From contig MU008155.1 of assembly GCA_010909165.1 (NCBI GenBank), forward strand, positions 1 through 64,000: DNA of 64,000 nt, in the 5' to 3' direction. Below the pieces are notes generated by a model, which saw only the letters and a program-made list of their open reading frames with translations, was not told the DNA's origin and did no database searches. Position numbers and translations under genes: made by a program. Below are positions 11,897 to 25,971 of this stretch, one piece after another. This stretch comes from Anthoceros angustus. Its lineage: Eukaryota; Plantae; Anthocerotophyta. Each line of letters starts with the position of its first letter. The stretch's first letter is position 1.

Positions 11897-13426
11897 ATGA
11901 CAGACGACATGCAACTGGCGCTCGTCCTGCAGGACATTGCGTCGCTGCAAAGTGTGCGTGTCCGGCATCACCGTACCCGTCCGCGCTTCCATCATCCCTT
12001 TCCTTACAGCTTTCATGATGAGCCACACAGAAACTTAGACTGCTCCGATTTGGCCGAGGATCAGGTGCACAGAGGCACGCGGGCTCAAGTGTTGTCTCTC
12101 AATGTCTGTCTTGCTTCTGAAGTGCGAAGAAGAGAAGCAGCAGAGATGCGGTGTGCAAGTCTGTACAGAGGTATGAGTACATCGTGACATATATGTGCTG
12201 CCCTGCCAAGTGCACAGCGTCCGATTGTGCAAACTTGTACGTGACGTGCTACTGAGGAGTTTCCGCAGATAAGAATCGTCTTTCTACGTTTCAAAAGGAA
12301 AGCCTAATGGAAAAGGCCTCGCAGGTAACGCAACACGCGAAAGACGTGACTTGAAGTTGTTTTGTCGAAATTAGGAATCTTGTGAAGCAGAGAAATCATT
12401 TATCGATGTGTAGGCGGAATGTCGAGCCAAGTATTATCACCTGGTTGAGCAAGTGAAACAGATGGAGCAACACATGGAGGAGCGATCACAGGTCTCTCTC
12501 GTGGCCGTGGTAGATTGTTGAATGTCATTTCCTGAGAAGTCATTGGACTCCTCGCATCTGTTCCCTTTTTCTCAGGTACCGGCAGTTGTCATGACCGGGT
12601 CTCAATCGACGCATAAAGTTCAAGTCCTTGAGCTTCACCATGGAATCAGGTGACCGCAATTCAGCTGGATTTTAAGCGAGCTCATTTTCTTGTAGCTATA
12701 ACTGAATACTGTAGCTTTTTCCTGTGAAAGATGCAGAGGCCTCGAGAGTGAGCTAGCGCTAAGCGAAAGTAGGGCAGCTGCGTTGGTCCAGCAGGTTGAA
12801 GAGTTTACTACGTCTGCGGGCTCGCTTCAATGTGATGTCCAACGGGCCAAAGAGGACCTGCATGTGAAAGGTACGATCACAAGAATCTGTGATGAATTCC
12901 ACCTGACGGCAGAATTCTACTTTGATGGCAAGTTCCTCTATCACTGTGTTCCCAGATAAGCGTGAAATTCTCGCCAGGAAGCTGGAAACGGAGGAGTCGG
13001 CGATTTACACCCTACGCCAGGAGTTGTACATAGCGCAACATCAGGGTACAGATACCTATGCTATTCTACAAAGCCCTACCTACCTATGTATGTACACATC
13101 TGGTTGTGAAATTCCGTTCACGTGGGAAAATTCCTCGGGAATTCCGTCCATAGTGACTTCGTAAGATTTCTCTTTTACATACATATACATGTATGTATGT
13201 ACTTATATAGGTATGTATAGCTCACGGGAATAAGTTTCGTATACGTACTTACCTTATGTACGTACCTATGTATGTATGCCTGTCGTCAGCACTCTCAGCC
13301 ACAGCAAGGTTGGAGGAACACTTAATGAGTCAATCGCACAGCAACAGGCACGTGGAGGCCTTCAAGCGGAAGATAATGAAGCTCAGACAGGAGAACGAAG
13401 GACTCAAACGCCGGCCTCAAGGTTAG
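11897..13426 (+). CDS. 4/1: Plant 4/1 coiled-coil protein homolog (At-4/1/Nt-4/1 family), 8 exons
   Basis: Exons about 11897-11953, 12065-12170, 12269-12324, 12414-12491, 12576-12649, 12737-12870, 12956-13045, 13290-13426, with GT-AG introns in consistent phase. C-terminus SNRHVEAFKRKIMKLRQENEGLKRR matches the At-4/1 signature as recalled (SNRQVETLKQKLMKLRKENEILKRK). Confidence 0.85.
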
Positions 13427-13875
13427 AAGATGCATATCCTAGGGTACTGGGTCTGCGGTGGGCCCGGACCGACCCGGCCGCATGTGTTTCTGGCAAATGG
13501 CACCACCAAACCGTCAAGTTGGGTCACACGAGGGCATTGGACGGAACACTAGTCGCAATTTCCGAGGACTCTCAAAATCTCGCTCTTCCGTCTCTCATGT
13601 CGAAAGGACAGCCATCGTTGCGTAGGCAGGTGGAGGAATTGAGCTCACATATTCCCTCATCAATCTATCGGTTGGCCCCTGCGAACTTTTGAGTCGCACT
13701 CGAAACAGTTTTGATCACCCACTGCGGATTGGCGTCCGGGGAATGGGTTCCACCTTCCCAGGGAGCAGGGATTTGTGTTTCGTTGGAAATGGGTTTGTCA
13801 TTGCCTGAGAAGGTTTCCCGGTCGAGTTCTTTGGAATGGCCCATCCTTATGAGCTAAACAAATCTGGAGGCCAAG

Positions 13876-16800
13876 ATGTTCAAGACTTTAAAGAAAAGGT
13901 CCGAGAAGGTGAAGGAGAAAGTTGACTTCAAGTTTCGGTTCCATGCCACACGGGTTAGCACTGTGCTGGGTTTTGGTTTCCCCCGTCCCTCTCATTCTCC
14001 TTCTAACTGAACAGTGTCTGGCTAATCTCCGAGTGCTTTGTTGCTATGGATTGAGCTCTGGCAGCTAATCAACGAGTTGTTAGCTGCCATGTATTGAGCT
14101 CTGGCAGCTAATCCACGAGTTCTTAGCTGCCGTGGATTGGTGTCACGCTTGAGACGCCCCTCCTACATGTGTTCTCACAGTTGTGCTCTGTCTGTTTACA
14201 GGTGCCACTAAGCGGATGGGACAAGCTAGTCGTGTCCCTTGTCCCCATTGAAACAGGTAAAGCGGTCATCAAAACACCCAAAGCTAACGTGAGAAACGGC
14301 AATTGCCAGTGGTTTGACTCTGTGATCGAGTCCACAAGACTTGTGCAAGATGTCAAGACGAAAGAGTATGAGGACAGACTTTACAAACTGGTGGTCTCAA
14401 TGGTACTCCAGCTCTCAAGGACTGCGCACACTTAAATTTTGTCCTGCTGTCTCTGTATTCAGCTGGGCAGTAACTTTTCCCCCTTCTCAACTCGTGCAGG
14501 GATCCTCCAGATCCGGAATGTTGGGAGAAGCAACACTGAATTTGGCGGAGTATGCAATATCAAATGACCCGGCCCAGATTGCTCTTCCACTCAAGAATTG
14601 CACTGCTGGCACAGTGCTGCACGTACTATTTCAAAACCCAGTTTCAGTGGTTGAGTGCTGTTTCACCCAGCTGAGATGTCACATCATCCGAAGACTGATG
14701 CACGCCTGCAGACCCTCGTATGCATGTCCTGCACAGAATCATAGGTTGTGCGTTTTGACACATAACTTGTAGGTTTATAAAGAGCACATGCTGTATTTAC
14801 CACTTGTATGCTTCGTTTCAGGTGAATATCCAGTGTATCACGCTGAAAGTTAGCTCAAGGTAACGGTGTTGGTGTTGGTGTATGCTGTTCACGAGTATGG
14901 CTCACAAATGTTGTTCTGTGCTCAGCATTTTCTTATGTGGAGAGTGGTGAAGGCCTCCGGCCTATGTGCAGTCTAAAAGCGGAGATCTCGCAGAGAGGGG
15001 CATTTATCTAGGTGATAAGGCTGATGAAGAGTTTGCCAGTGATGAAGATCTTGATGACTCGGATTTATCAGAAAACTACACCTCTATGAGTATTCCGTCT
15101 TTATCTGGCCAGGTGCCAGTTGGTTCCAACCCTGTGAAGGTGACATGAACAGAACTTACAATACATACTGGACAAAGGCCGTATTGTGGGGATAGCAATT
15201 GTACCTAGAACTGTTCTAACCCCAAGCTTGCCCTTCTGCTTTGCAGCCTGACAACGGAACCGTTTCACCAAATCGACTGTATAATAAGGTGAGTAGAGCT
15301 AGCTAAGATTGCCTTGTACGTGAGCCAGCACTTGTATTGGACCTAATAATAGTGTAATACCATTTACAGGTTCTGCTTCCCTGATGTAGTCCAAGTTAAT
15401 GCTAGGCATTATGTCCTTGTCACACCTGCAATCAGGATCTTGTTCTGCTTGTCTGTTTGAACTTTCTAGGATGGGTCAGGCCTGTCTCATCTCCGATACA
15501 GCTCAGACTCATTGGAGGTTCCATCAACACCTTCAAGTGTCAACGGGAGCGGACGAAGTTTCAACAATTCAGACTTACCGTCTCCCACTGGCTCAGTTAA
15601 TAGTTTGCCGGGACGACACACGAGGACTGCAAGTAGGGATGGAATTAGCAGGGGTGGGAACTTTCAAGATTTGAACAGTTCTGCAGCCTCTGTTGCAAGA
15701 GCTGTTCTGGTATCAGCTGTTCCCAGTGCTCAATTGCAGAGAAATGTCTGGCAGGATTTGCATGGTAGGCAAGGAGATCGACCTATTCATGGCAAAGTAA
15801 CTGATGATGGTTCACGCAACCAGCCAGTAGCGCACCATGAAGGCCACAGTGCTCTGCAAACAGATCTAGAGGCTGCAGAAATAACAATTGAGGAGCTCCG
15901 ATCAGAGTCTATAACCTGGCAGCGACAGGCACAGAAGTGGAGCCTGGAAGTTGAGTCATTGAAACAGAAGCTTGCAGCTCAGGTAAAGCACGGAGCCCAG
16001 GTTGATGCTGAGAAGTCTGCCCTGACAGCAGAACGCAATAGGCTTCAATTGGAGCTGGACCAGCTTCAATCTGAGAAGGAGGCTTCTCAAGAGAGAGAGA
16101 GTGGAGAAGATCACGCGAATAGGCAAGCTGAGGATGCAAAGCGCTTGATGAAAGAGATGGAAGAGGAAATTGCTTATCAAAAGGAGATGAACATCAACCT
16201 GAAGCTGCAACTTCAAAAAACACAAGATTCAAGCATGGAGCTAGTACTTGCAATTAGAGATATGGAAGAGACTCTAGATGAGCAAAAGAAAGAGCTAGAC
16301 AGCCTCAAGGTGACAAACAACGAGCTCAAGTCATTTTTATGTGAGCAACAAAGACACAGCGACATAGAGTTTGGGGGGAAATTTAAGCACAAGGATCAAC
16401 ACCTTGATGGGCTGGAAGTGCACCTCGCATTAGTTGATTCAAGTCCGCCAGTCAAAGCATATATAGCAGATGTCCAAGGAGGGGATCCGTTAGTTCAGAG
16501 CTTGGAGCAGAAGGTGGGACATTTGCAGCAGAAGTTGGCGGATTTCGAAACTGATGCAAGGGAGGTGGCTACTGAGAACATTCAACTGCATACCAATCTC
16601 AGCAAAGCAGAGGCAGAGATGAATGCAAAGTGCACATTGGTGGCTGGCTTGCAGGCTGAGCTCAGAGAACTTTCAGGTTCTTCTGTTGAAGAACCTTCTC
16701 TGCCAAATAGTGGTGCTCTTTTCGAAGATCCTGAAGAGGTAAGCCGGCTTAAATCTATTGTCAAGCATCTTGAAATCCAGCACCAAGCAACTGAGGATGC

Positions 16801-19800
16801 TTACAGAGGACAGCTTGGAGGTAATCAAAGACTTCTAGATGATGTTCACTCTTTGGCTGCAGACCTACGAGCAGCAAATGCACACTTAGAAATCCGGTTG
16901 AAAGAAGCTACACAGAAAAGCTGTGCTCTTGAGACCAACCTGGAAGTGGCTGCTAAAGAGGTAGCATCTCTTGAGAAAGAAAGAGAATTACTGCTAAGTC
17001 AACAAGAACGGATTAGGATGCATGAAGGAAAATTGGTCAGGCTTGAAGAAGAACATTTGTTTGTTGACAAGGAACTGGTCAGTGCAAGAAAGCAAATCCA
17101 AGAACAACTAGCCTCCAGCTCTCAGGCAGAACAGAGACTGCAGGAGCTGGACAAAGAAAAGAATCTTCTGATCGAGAAGTTGCAGAGTGCAGAGAGAACA
17201 GGGCAAGAATTCGGCATTAAAGTCCAGGCACGGGAACTAGAGATTGCAGAGCTGCTGCAGGAAATTGCTGTTTATGGAGAAACAAGCCGCGAAATGGCAG
17301 GTAAGGTCACAGAACTTGAACAGTGGAAGGTACATCTGGAGAGAACATTAGAGGCATCTTTGGAAGAAAGCATGCATAGTCAGCAGCTATTGGAGGAAGT
17401 CACAAGTAACTACGAACAGTCACTTCTGAAGGTTTCTTCTCTTGAAGCAGAAAAAGCCAAGTTGGCCTGCATGTTTCAGGATGTGGAAGAGGCTGGCAGA
17501 TTGAGCAGCTCACGAATAGAAGAAATGGAGATTCACTTATCAGTCTTGACTGAAGAAGTAGACTCGGCCCGGTCTCTTAACAAGGATAATGAGTATAAAA
17601 TGTTGGCATTGGCGAGTGAGAAGGATGAACTTGAGCAGCATCTGCACAAGTCATTAGCTGATGTTAGGGTTGCAAGTGAGAAAGCAGAACATTTAGTCCA
17701 TGAGGTGAATTCTTTGAGGAAAGAGCTTGATTCAGCCTTAGCTGCTAATAAGAACTCTGAGAGACGGTTGTTGGAATTGGAGGGTGCCAAAGATGATGTG
17801 GAGTTGCAGATAGCAGACTTAGACCGCGAGAACTTTCATCATCTGGAGAGGATATCTGGACTAGAAGCACAACTCCGGTACATCACTGAGGAAAAGGAGA
17901 CTTACAAGCTTGGCAAAGATGATGTAGCAGCCCGTCTAATGGACCTCCAATTGGACAAAGCTAAGGTTGAATTGTGTCTGGAAGAGACCATCAAGCAGCA
18001 TCACCTAAGGTCGGTAGAATTAACTGCAAATGCTGCAGGATCAGCACACGAGTTGCATGCCCAAAAAATTGCGCGTCAAAAACTGGAGGTCTTAGTTGAG
18101 GAGTTGAAGGTTCAGAACAATGCACAGGAACAGTCTGTCAGGGAATCAGAAAACAGGGCCAGTGATTTTTTGAAGCATGCCTCTGTGCTTGAGGCTGCAC
18201 TGAGCAAGCTGAATGAAGACAATGGTGCTGCAAAGGCAGAAATCAACGTTCTTGAAGCAGAGTTAGTGAGATTGAAATGCGAAACTGATGAAAAGCAGGA
18301 ATTGTTCCGTCAGGAGGTGAATGTCTGCAGAAGAGATATAGAAGAAAGAGCTTGGAGAGCTGAAGAGGGCCTGAGGAGGATCAGCTTAGAGAAAATAGGC
18401 GTGGTTGACCAAATGCAGCAGGAAGTAAGGAGGCTTACCGAGCAGATGTCATCAACCTCAGATGAGAAAGAGAAGCTGGCCTCTCAAGCACTTATTGAAG
18501 CTTCGAAACTACGTGCTCAAAACTCAGACCTGGAGGAGATTCTGCAGGAAATAAAGGGAAATTACAAACAATGTATTGCTGAAGCTTCAGCATCCAGGGA
18601 AGCCTTGGAAGCCAAGCTTGGTGAACTTAAGCTTCAGTTGGATGCCTCAAAAGCTAGGGAGGTTGAGGCTACCAACAGGTTGGCAGTTACTGCTAAAGAG
18701 CTTGAGACCTTGAGAGAAGCTGACAAGAGCTTACAGGACAGGCTGGAGAACCTTGACAAACAGCTGCAGATTTTGGCAAGAGAAAGTGAAAGGCTTGCTA
18801 GTGAGAGGGATGAGCTACTGGTTATAGCCCAAGAAGTTGAGGTGCTGAAGAAAGAGCGAACAAGCCTGGAAGGTCTTCTTCAGAAGTCAATCTCAGACAG
18901 GAATCTACTGCAAGATTCTTTGAGGACAGCACATCTTGACCTGCTGGCTGCTGAAGGTGAGAAGACCAGCTTGTCAAAGCGTCTCAGTGAGACATTGGCA
19001 GAGGTGGATGACGCTATCCGAGCCAAGAGGGCTGTGGATGAAAAAATTGTTCGACTGAAGTCTGAACTGGATGCCCAGGAAGCAGCAAGATCTCTTGAAG
19101 CTGAACATCGAACTGAGACTTTTCGACTTAAAAGGCAAAATGCTGATTTCAGGCGTAAAGTATCTGAATTTGAAGAGGAAAAAGAGGAATTCTGTAAGAA
19201 GGTTCAAGTATTAGAGGATGAACTTCAATGCAAAGTGAATGCCCTTCTGGCAGCCGAGAGAAGACTGAAGGAGAAGGATGATGAAATTAGCAGAGCAGCT
19301 TCGGGGGGTCTGTTATCGAGGTCATTGTCGAGGTCAAACAGCAGAGTTGGGCCCTTGTCTCCGGCTCGGGAATCCATGGAACTTGGTGACTTACGGGATA
19401 AAGTGAAATTTCTGGAGGTGAAGATGCAGGGTTATGTTGTCTGAGTTTGATAATGTAGTTCTATTCAGAAGAAGGATGTGTCTGCAGCAAGCTTAGCATC
19501 TAAAGCCTGGATGAATCTTGGGCGTATGTTTTTAACCAGGTTGAACTTAGGTCCAAGACATCAACTTTGGAATCACTTAAGCAGGACTTCAAAGGGAAAG
19601 AGAGACGTCTTTGCAACAGAATAGAATTGTTGGAAGCAGCCAATGAGCAACTTGCACAGGGAGGTCCAGATTTGGGGTCGAATCAGGTGCAAGCAGAGGT
19701 TTGATTCTAACCTCATCTTATCATCTGCTAAATACAGCTAAGTGTCTGCACCAGGGCTTGCTGTCCTTAGCCATCTGCAAATATAACCTGTGGGGCATTA

Positions 19801-20747
19801 GTTCTCCTGGCTGCAGATACAAAATTCTTCGCTTGCGCGCAGAGAACAGGAACTTCAGTCACAGCTTAGTTCCCAAGAAGTCCTTAGAGGGGAAATCCAA
19901 CGCCTAGTAGAGGTTTGCCACTCAACGAGCATCTAATGATTGGCCACAGATAATGAGGTCCCCTAATGGCTTGGATGCCCATGTGCAGTTATGTCAGCAG
20001 CACGAGTGTAAGCTGATAAAATTCAAAGAGGCCAGCAAAAATGGAGACATTCTGGAGAGGGTCATGGCGTTAGAGACTGAACTGGCTGAAGCTCTGGAGG
20101 CCAATAACATGTACAAATCACAGCTGCGAAGGTATGTGGTCCATCGTGAAACCTAGATGTGTGCACTTGAAATGTGATTTTGCAGTGGGCATTCTTGCGA
20201 AAGGCAAGATGATCACTTTTTAGAGTCCTCAAGCTATTTGGCTAACTCTGCAAAGCAATATATGATTATTTCTTTTTAGATACGTCAAAGGTAACAGGAG
20301 TGGGTCCTTTGCTGGTGATATACTTCTACACAGTTTTAGAATGTGCAAATCAATAAGCTAGGCTTTTGTAGCACTCAAAAGAGTTTTGTTCGCTTGATAG
20401 CAAGATGTGTGTGGCTTGTTTGGATCGTGATTAGCTTGCTACTGTTTTCTGTTGCAAACTGTGTTTGATGTAGTTCAATTCGCGCTAAGATATTGCTGGA
20501 TGCTCTGAGCAGTGCGTTTGCCGAGCAGCAAAATGTTCACTCTGCGGCTCTCCAGAATTTAGGAGATGTGGACCAGGTCATCCATGACCTACTGACGTTC
20601 AAAAGACAGACAGCTGTGCTTGGAGAGGAGCTGAAGGACATGAGGGAAAGATATTCGCGAATGAGCTTGCAATTTGCTGAGGTCGAAGCTCAGCGGGAAG
20701 AGTTAGTCATGACTGTAAGGTTACTCAAGAGTGCCAGAAAGCCGTAG
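13876..20747 (+). CDS. NT-type C2 domain protein with a very long coiled coil (myosin heavy chain-related family)
   Basis: N-terminal exons 13876-13953, 14202-14402, 14500-14622, 14822-14859 (KVDFKFRFHAT, VPLSGWDKLVVSL, GSSRSGMLGEATLNLAEY). Giant exon about 15470-19417. C-terminal LETELAEALEANNMYKSQL and RYSRMSLQFAEVEAQREELVM. Confidence 0.9.
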
Positions 20748-21217
20748 GATATGCTGTACTGGTTGTGCATGTGAGTTTGTTTTTGTGGTCATTAATTGCT
20801 GTTGAACAGATGCCCTGTACTTCTTGACACAACGAGCAGTATAGATATGAGCACAGCAAGTGTTCTATTCGTGACACATCGATTAATCGATGACATCGTA
20901 TGTGAGCACAGGAAGTGTAAAATTTCACAATTAAATTTGCCAAAATTATCAACGATAAATTTCAATCGCTATAGCTATCTTCTCTTCCCCATATTCCCTT
21001 CCCCTCCCCCTTCTCTTTCAGATGACCACTGTCACCCACACGTGCTTCAACCTCCTATGGCATGACAAAAGCGCTAAACCAAGTTTTTTGGCACTTCGGC
21101 CATCCGACCCTCGTTACGAAAACCAAAGTACGGACATACCGCTATGACTGGCAACAAAACATATGGCCGCCCCCAAAAACGTTAGCGCAGTACATAGTGG
21201 TCTCATACACTGGTGCT

Positions 21218-24200
21218 TCAATCTTTCGTCCGACGTCCGCTCTTCCGTTTTGAGGTGTCCAATATCTTCTTCCGTAGGCGTATAGCTTTCGGAGTGACCT
21301 GTGAAATGCTCTTACGTTTAAAAGTCTCGCACAAGTTGCTCCATCACAACTCTAAGACTTCGTGAGTAACAAACTCACCTCTATAAGCTCGTCCCCAGCG
21401 ACATAACCGATAGCTTCTTCTAGCGACATCTGTACGAGGACGAGACACATTGGCAATCAGAAGAGGTAGACAAACGTATGATCTTCTGCAACATCGATAT
21501 GGGAATCAATACATACTAATCGAGGAGGGACCAGTTTGACATTCTCATCCTTGCTTGCAGCACGAACATTGCTGAGATGCTTAGTTCGGACAGGATTCAC
21601 CTGTTTCAAACCATGACCGCAGAAAGCTCCGTGAGACCCTTACATAACTTAATGCATTTTGTTCTCTCGATGTCACAAACAGGAAATCCTACCTCCAGGT
21701 CGTTGTCTCGAGTGTGCTCACCAATAATCATGCCATCATAAGTCTGGTGGATAAGCGGGTCATAATCTGTCAGCCCAGATTCTAACGCCACGAATACAGT
21801 GAAAGCAGTAAGCGCTAGACATAGACCTCCATTCCAGGTTCCACGAACAAAATGCCGCGCGCTTCTAAACTCATGAGCGCATGCGCCGTAATTTTGCCTG
21901 CTGCCATCGACACCTACAAGCCAAACAAGCAGCAAATAAGATAACCGAACTGAACTGAAGGCGGTCTCGCGTTTCAAAGCGGACAGCTAAACCGGAGCTA
22001 GGACCATATTACAGAACCTCACCAGTACACCCTTTCGGACATTACCCAATTGACCACGATACTTCCCATATGCTGGACACATCCACAAATCCACACAAGA
22101 AGTTACAGGGACTAAAGTATGCCGAAGGATATGGCATTGAAAGAAACAAGGGAGTGAGGAAGTGTACCTAGAAATGCTCTGTGCATAAAACCAGTGCCAT
22201 GTGTATCAGTGCTAAAGACACTGCGATAGCCGACTAAACCTCTGAAAATCATTCACAACGTTCAAACAAAATCAGTTTTCATTTTAATTACTTACCGTAA
22301 GTTTGGACACCCACGTGCGGATTTACGCAGACCTCGAGGGGCAAGTAAATGAGAGACGAGTTCTGCCGACAGCATCAGCACAGGGAGACATATCCCGCAA
22401 CTCTGCACGTCTGTGTGACAAAGCCTCAACGATCAAGCCAGCATGCTCATCATTAACCTGTAGTTCACCATAACAGCACTAGATTGGCCACTTGAAGCGA
22501 CAGCTAAGTTGTGTCATTAGCCTTTTTTCCACAAAGGACTTGCAGATGAAGATCAAAAGTCAAGTTCACATTCTCACAAAGCATTAACTGAGCACGATGT
22601 TCTTGGAATGTCACTAGCCTCCTGCTCAATTAACTGCATAGAGTACTAGTACAGGTCACAGACCTCAATGATTACTTCTTCAATCGGCTCCAGCTTCTTG
22701 CCATCTTCAATCTTGTACCTACAATCCCGTCAAAATGAAACTGCAAGCTTTTAAAGAATAGAATGCCAGTGCCAGCTTCAGAAAAGTGCACAGTAACCAA
22801 TCTGGCCACTTACATCACCGCTGGCGGTGAGACAGAGAGTTCAAACCCTTCCCTTCGCATGTTTTCGATCAAGATTCCTATTGCAGAACAATGGTCAGTC
22901 AGACACAACCTTTACAACTAGATCTTAACATGTATTTTATCTTGCACATTTACCAAGCTGCAGTTCACCCCGGCCCTGGACTTCGTAAGCATCCTGTCCA
23001 GCTGTTTGCATGATATTAATAGATGGGTTGCTCTCAGCCTCTGCCAGGACTCTCTCCCCAATCTTTGGACCTGTCAACTACGACGACCAAATTGCCTACA
23101 TAAGACTGCATTTTGATTTCAGTAACACAAGTACCACAGGTGCTAAGACGAAGACCAGCTCTGATTCTTGCAACTTTCATGCAATTGTTGCAAGGTGTTA
23201 GAAAAAAGAAACCCCACACCAGATCATGTGATTCTTTCTTACATGAGTGCCGTCCCGACCACCCAGAGGAGAATCATTGACTCCAAAAGTCATGGAAATT
23301 GTTGGGGGATCCATAGCTCCCGCTGGTAAAGCTTGTAGGATCTGCAATGTATGCACTAAGGTATTCAGCAACAACAGAGAGGTTTTGCCCTGGCGACCGA
23401 CTCACACTACGTACAGCACATCAGTTCAACCTACATATGAAATAGTGGGCTAACCTCAATACTGGCAATCGTGTGACCAATGGTGGGCTGGCTGAGGCCA
23501 GCTAAAGAGACAATGTCACCAGCACCTGCTGAGTCCACCAGAACAGTAGTCGTACCCTTCCTCTTCATCAGCTTCGTCACCTGCCAGCAAGAACCCACCA
23601 GGTAACACAAGAAACTCTCATTACAAAAACAATACTACCTGCAGCCACTGAATGCCTCAGAGCATACAACATATCCATGCCCTGAAACCGACCATAACCA
23701 AACTACACGCGTACCTTGCCCACATCAAAGGCTTCTGTCTGACCGTCCTTGATACGAAGCCCATGGACTCGGTCGTTCACTCTCACAACCCCAGAGGCAA
23801 TGCGCCCAGTTACTACCCGACCCAAATAAGGATCGCGCTCCATGATAGATACCTATTTGCAATACCACCAGGCAGCATGAAGGGCAGAAGACATTCTTCA
23901 TTGCAACCAACGATGCATCCTACCTTTTGATAACTGCAAGCGAAAGAGTTATGCTGCTTTAAACTCCTTGGATTCATGCAAGAAATGAAGAATGTAGAAT
24001 GCTCATGGTGCACACCAACATCTGAAAAGGAGATTGTAAATCGCCTTTCGGTGCTGGAACATGTTGGACGATGGCATCAAGCAGCGGCCCCATGCTTCTT
24101 TCGCTTGTCATGTCCTTTGAGAAAGTGCGCGTTGCCCAACCCTCTTTTGCAGAGGCATAGAGCACTGGGAAGTCAAGCTGTTCATCTGCAGCAATAATAA

Positions 24201-25355
24201 CAGCCTGAACCAGTTGGTCAGCTGGTGGTGTGAAGTCTTCAAGATAATCACGTACTGCTCTAAAATAGATGGACAAATTCGATGACCGGCCTTCCGATCA
24301 TTTGTGAAAAGAAGGTCAATCATAAGAAGACACGCTGATGACAAAAAACTAGGATAAATCAGTTGACATAAAAAGCAGAACCCAAAATGAAAATATAGTG
24401 CAGTACCTGTGGCGCCGAGGACTGCAAAGAGATCAAAAATCATGGTCTCAACTTCCTCGCACCTTTCCACAGTCACTGCAGGCATCATGCTTTAATACCC
24501 ATCTGCTGGCTAGACCGAATGAATGGGGTCACCCGCCAGGCTAGAGAAGGGCAAATAAAATTAGCAGACAAAAAACGATGCCCTACAAACCAGAAGGCCG
24601 GTCCACTTTGTTGAGGAGGAGAAGAGGTCGCAAACCCCTGCTGAGCGCTTTAGCGACCACAAACTTAGTTTGAGCAAGTGGACCTTCACCAGCATCCACC
24701 ACCAACACAGCCCCTTCCACCATTCCTATGACTCTTTCTACCTATAAAAGGTACATAACGTGAGAAAAAAGCTTGAGAGAACCGGATCATCGTATAATCA
24801 GGCTAAACATGAAAGACTAGATCAACAATCAGGGGACACACCTCTCCACCAAAATCTGCATGGCCTGGTGTATCCACGACATTCAATTCCACACCCTCCC
24901 ATGTCATGGAGGTGTACTGCACGTCAGAGTTGCTGAAAAGCCTTAGTTTTGTCAAGGTTCCCATGTCATTAAAGACTTTCAGAAAGGACGACCCACACTT
25001 TACGAACCTTGGAAGCGATGGTAATCCCACGTTCGCGCTCAAGGGTGATAGAGTCCATAGCACGGTCCTGGGCTATCGATGCCCCACACTGCTTCATTAT
25101 CCTGTCAAGCAGTGTAGTTTTGCCATGATCAACATGGGCTATAACAGCTACATTCCTGATGGACGAAGGAGCCACAACCGAGTCCAAAGGCTCGGTCATT
25201 GCGGATGCCGCAGTTGAGAATGTAGTGGACGTCATCCCCCTCGTGACCGGTCTATGGTCTGCCAGAAGCCCCCGAACATTCCCATCACTTCCATAGGAAT
25301 GTAGCCTCCGGGCAGCTGTCCAGGCAATTCTGACACAGCGTCCTGGTCCCGGCAT
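21218..25355 (-). CDS. typA: TypA/BipA translational GTPase, probably mitochondrial, multi-exon
   Basis: [57 protein letters not shown] and [11 protein letters not shown]. Arg-rich N-terminal targeting peptide. Confidence 0.93.
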
Positions 25356-25971
25356 GTTTGCAAACGAAAATTAGACTACGCAGCTGCCAGGAATTCTTCC
25401 ATACTGGATCGTCTGTAGAATTGCACTTAGAAACACAAGCTCTGTAAGCTCCATCACCCATGAGCTCGAGAGTCGCACCCCAATGGGCAGCTAGGGCTTA
25501 TGCATAGGGTTCATATGTACGCGTATGTCTGTCAGCTACGGTCGTACTGCAGTTGAAATGTAAAAATCCAACTGTCACGTGTCACGATGTGCGGACTTCT
25601 GAGGTTTGTTCGAGACACTGAAGAAGCGTCGCCGGGGAACTGGGATCTCGCGATGAACATTCGACACCGAGTACTACTGTCGCTTACTGCAGTGTAAGCA
25701 AATGCAGTGGCGCCAGCAGGGGATGTCGATTGCCGAACTTTCACATAAAAATACAAATGCCATAGGACTTGACTGATCAGGTGCAGCAAAATGAGTAGAA
25801 GCTCTACCGGATATAATGATCAATTTCACCTGCTTCAGGAAGACAGCTATAGCATTCTCAAGAGTATTGTGCAAACCGGAGTGCAATGATTTTACTGTGG
25901 GTGTGCTGGGCTCGGCAGAGAAAGGGCCAGAATCCTGGGCCCTAGGAAGTAGGTATATTCTTCTATGTTGA

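Noticed and set aside
15909-19207. Minus-strand ORFs within the giant exon
   Set aside because: Antisense shadows of the coiled-coil coding sequence.
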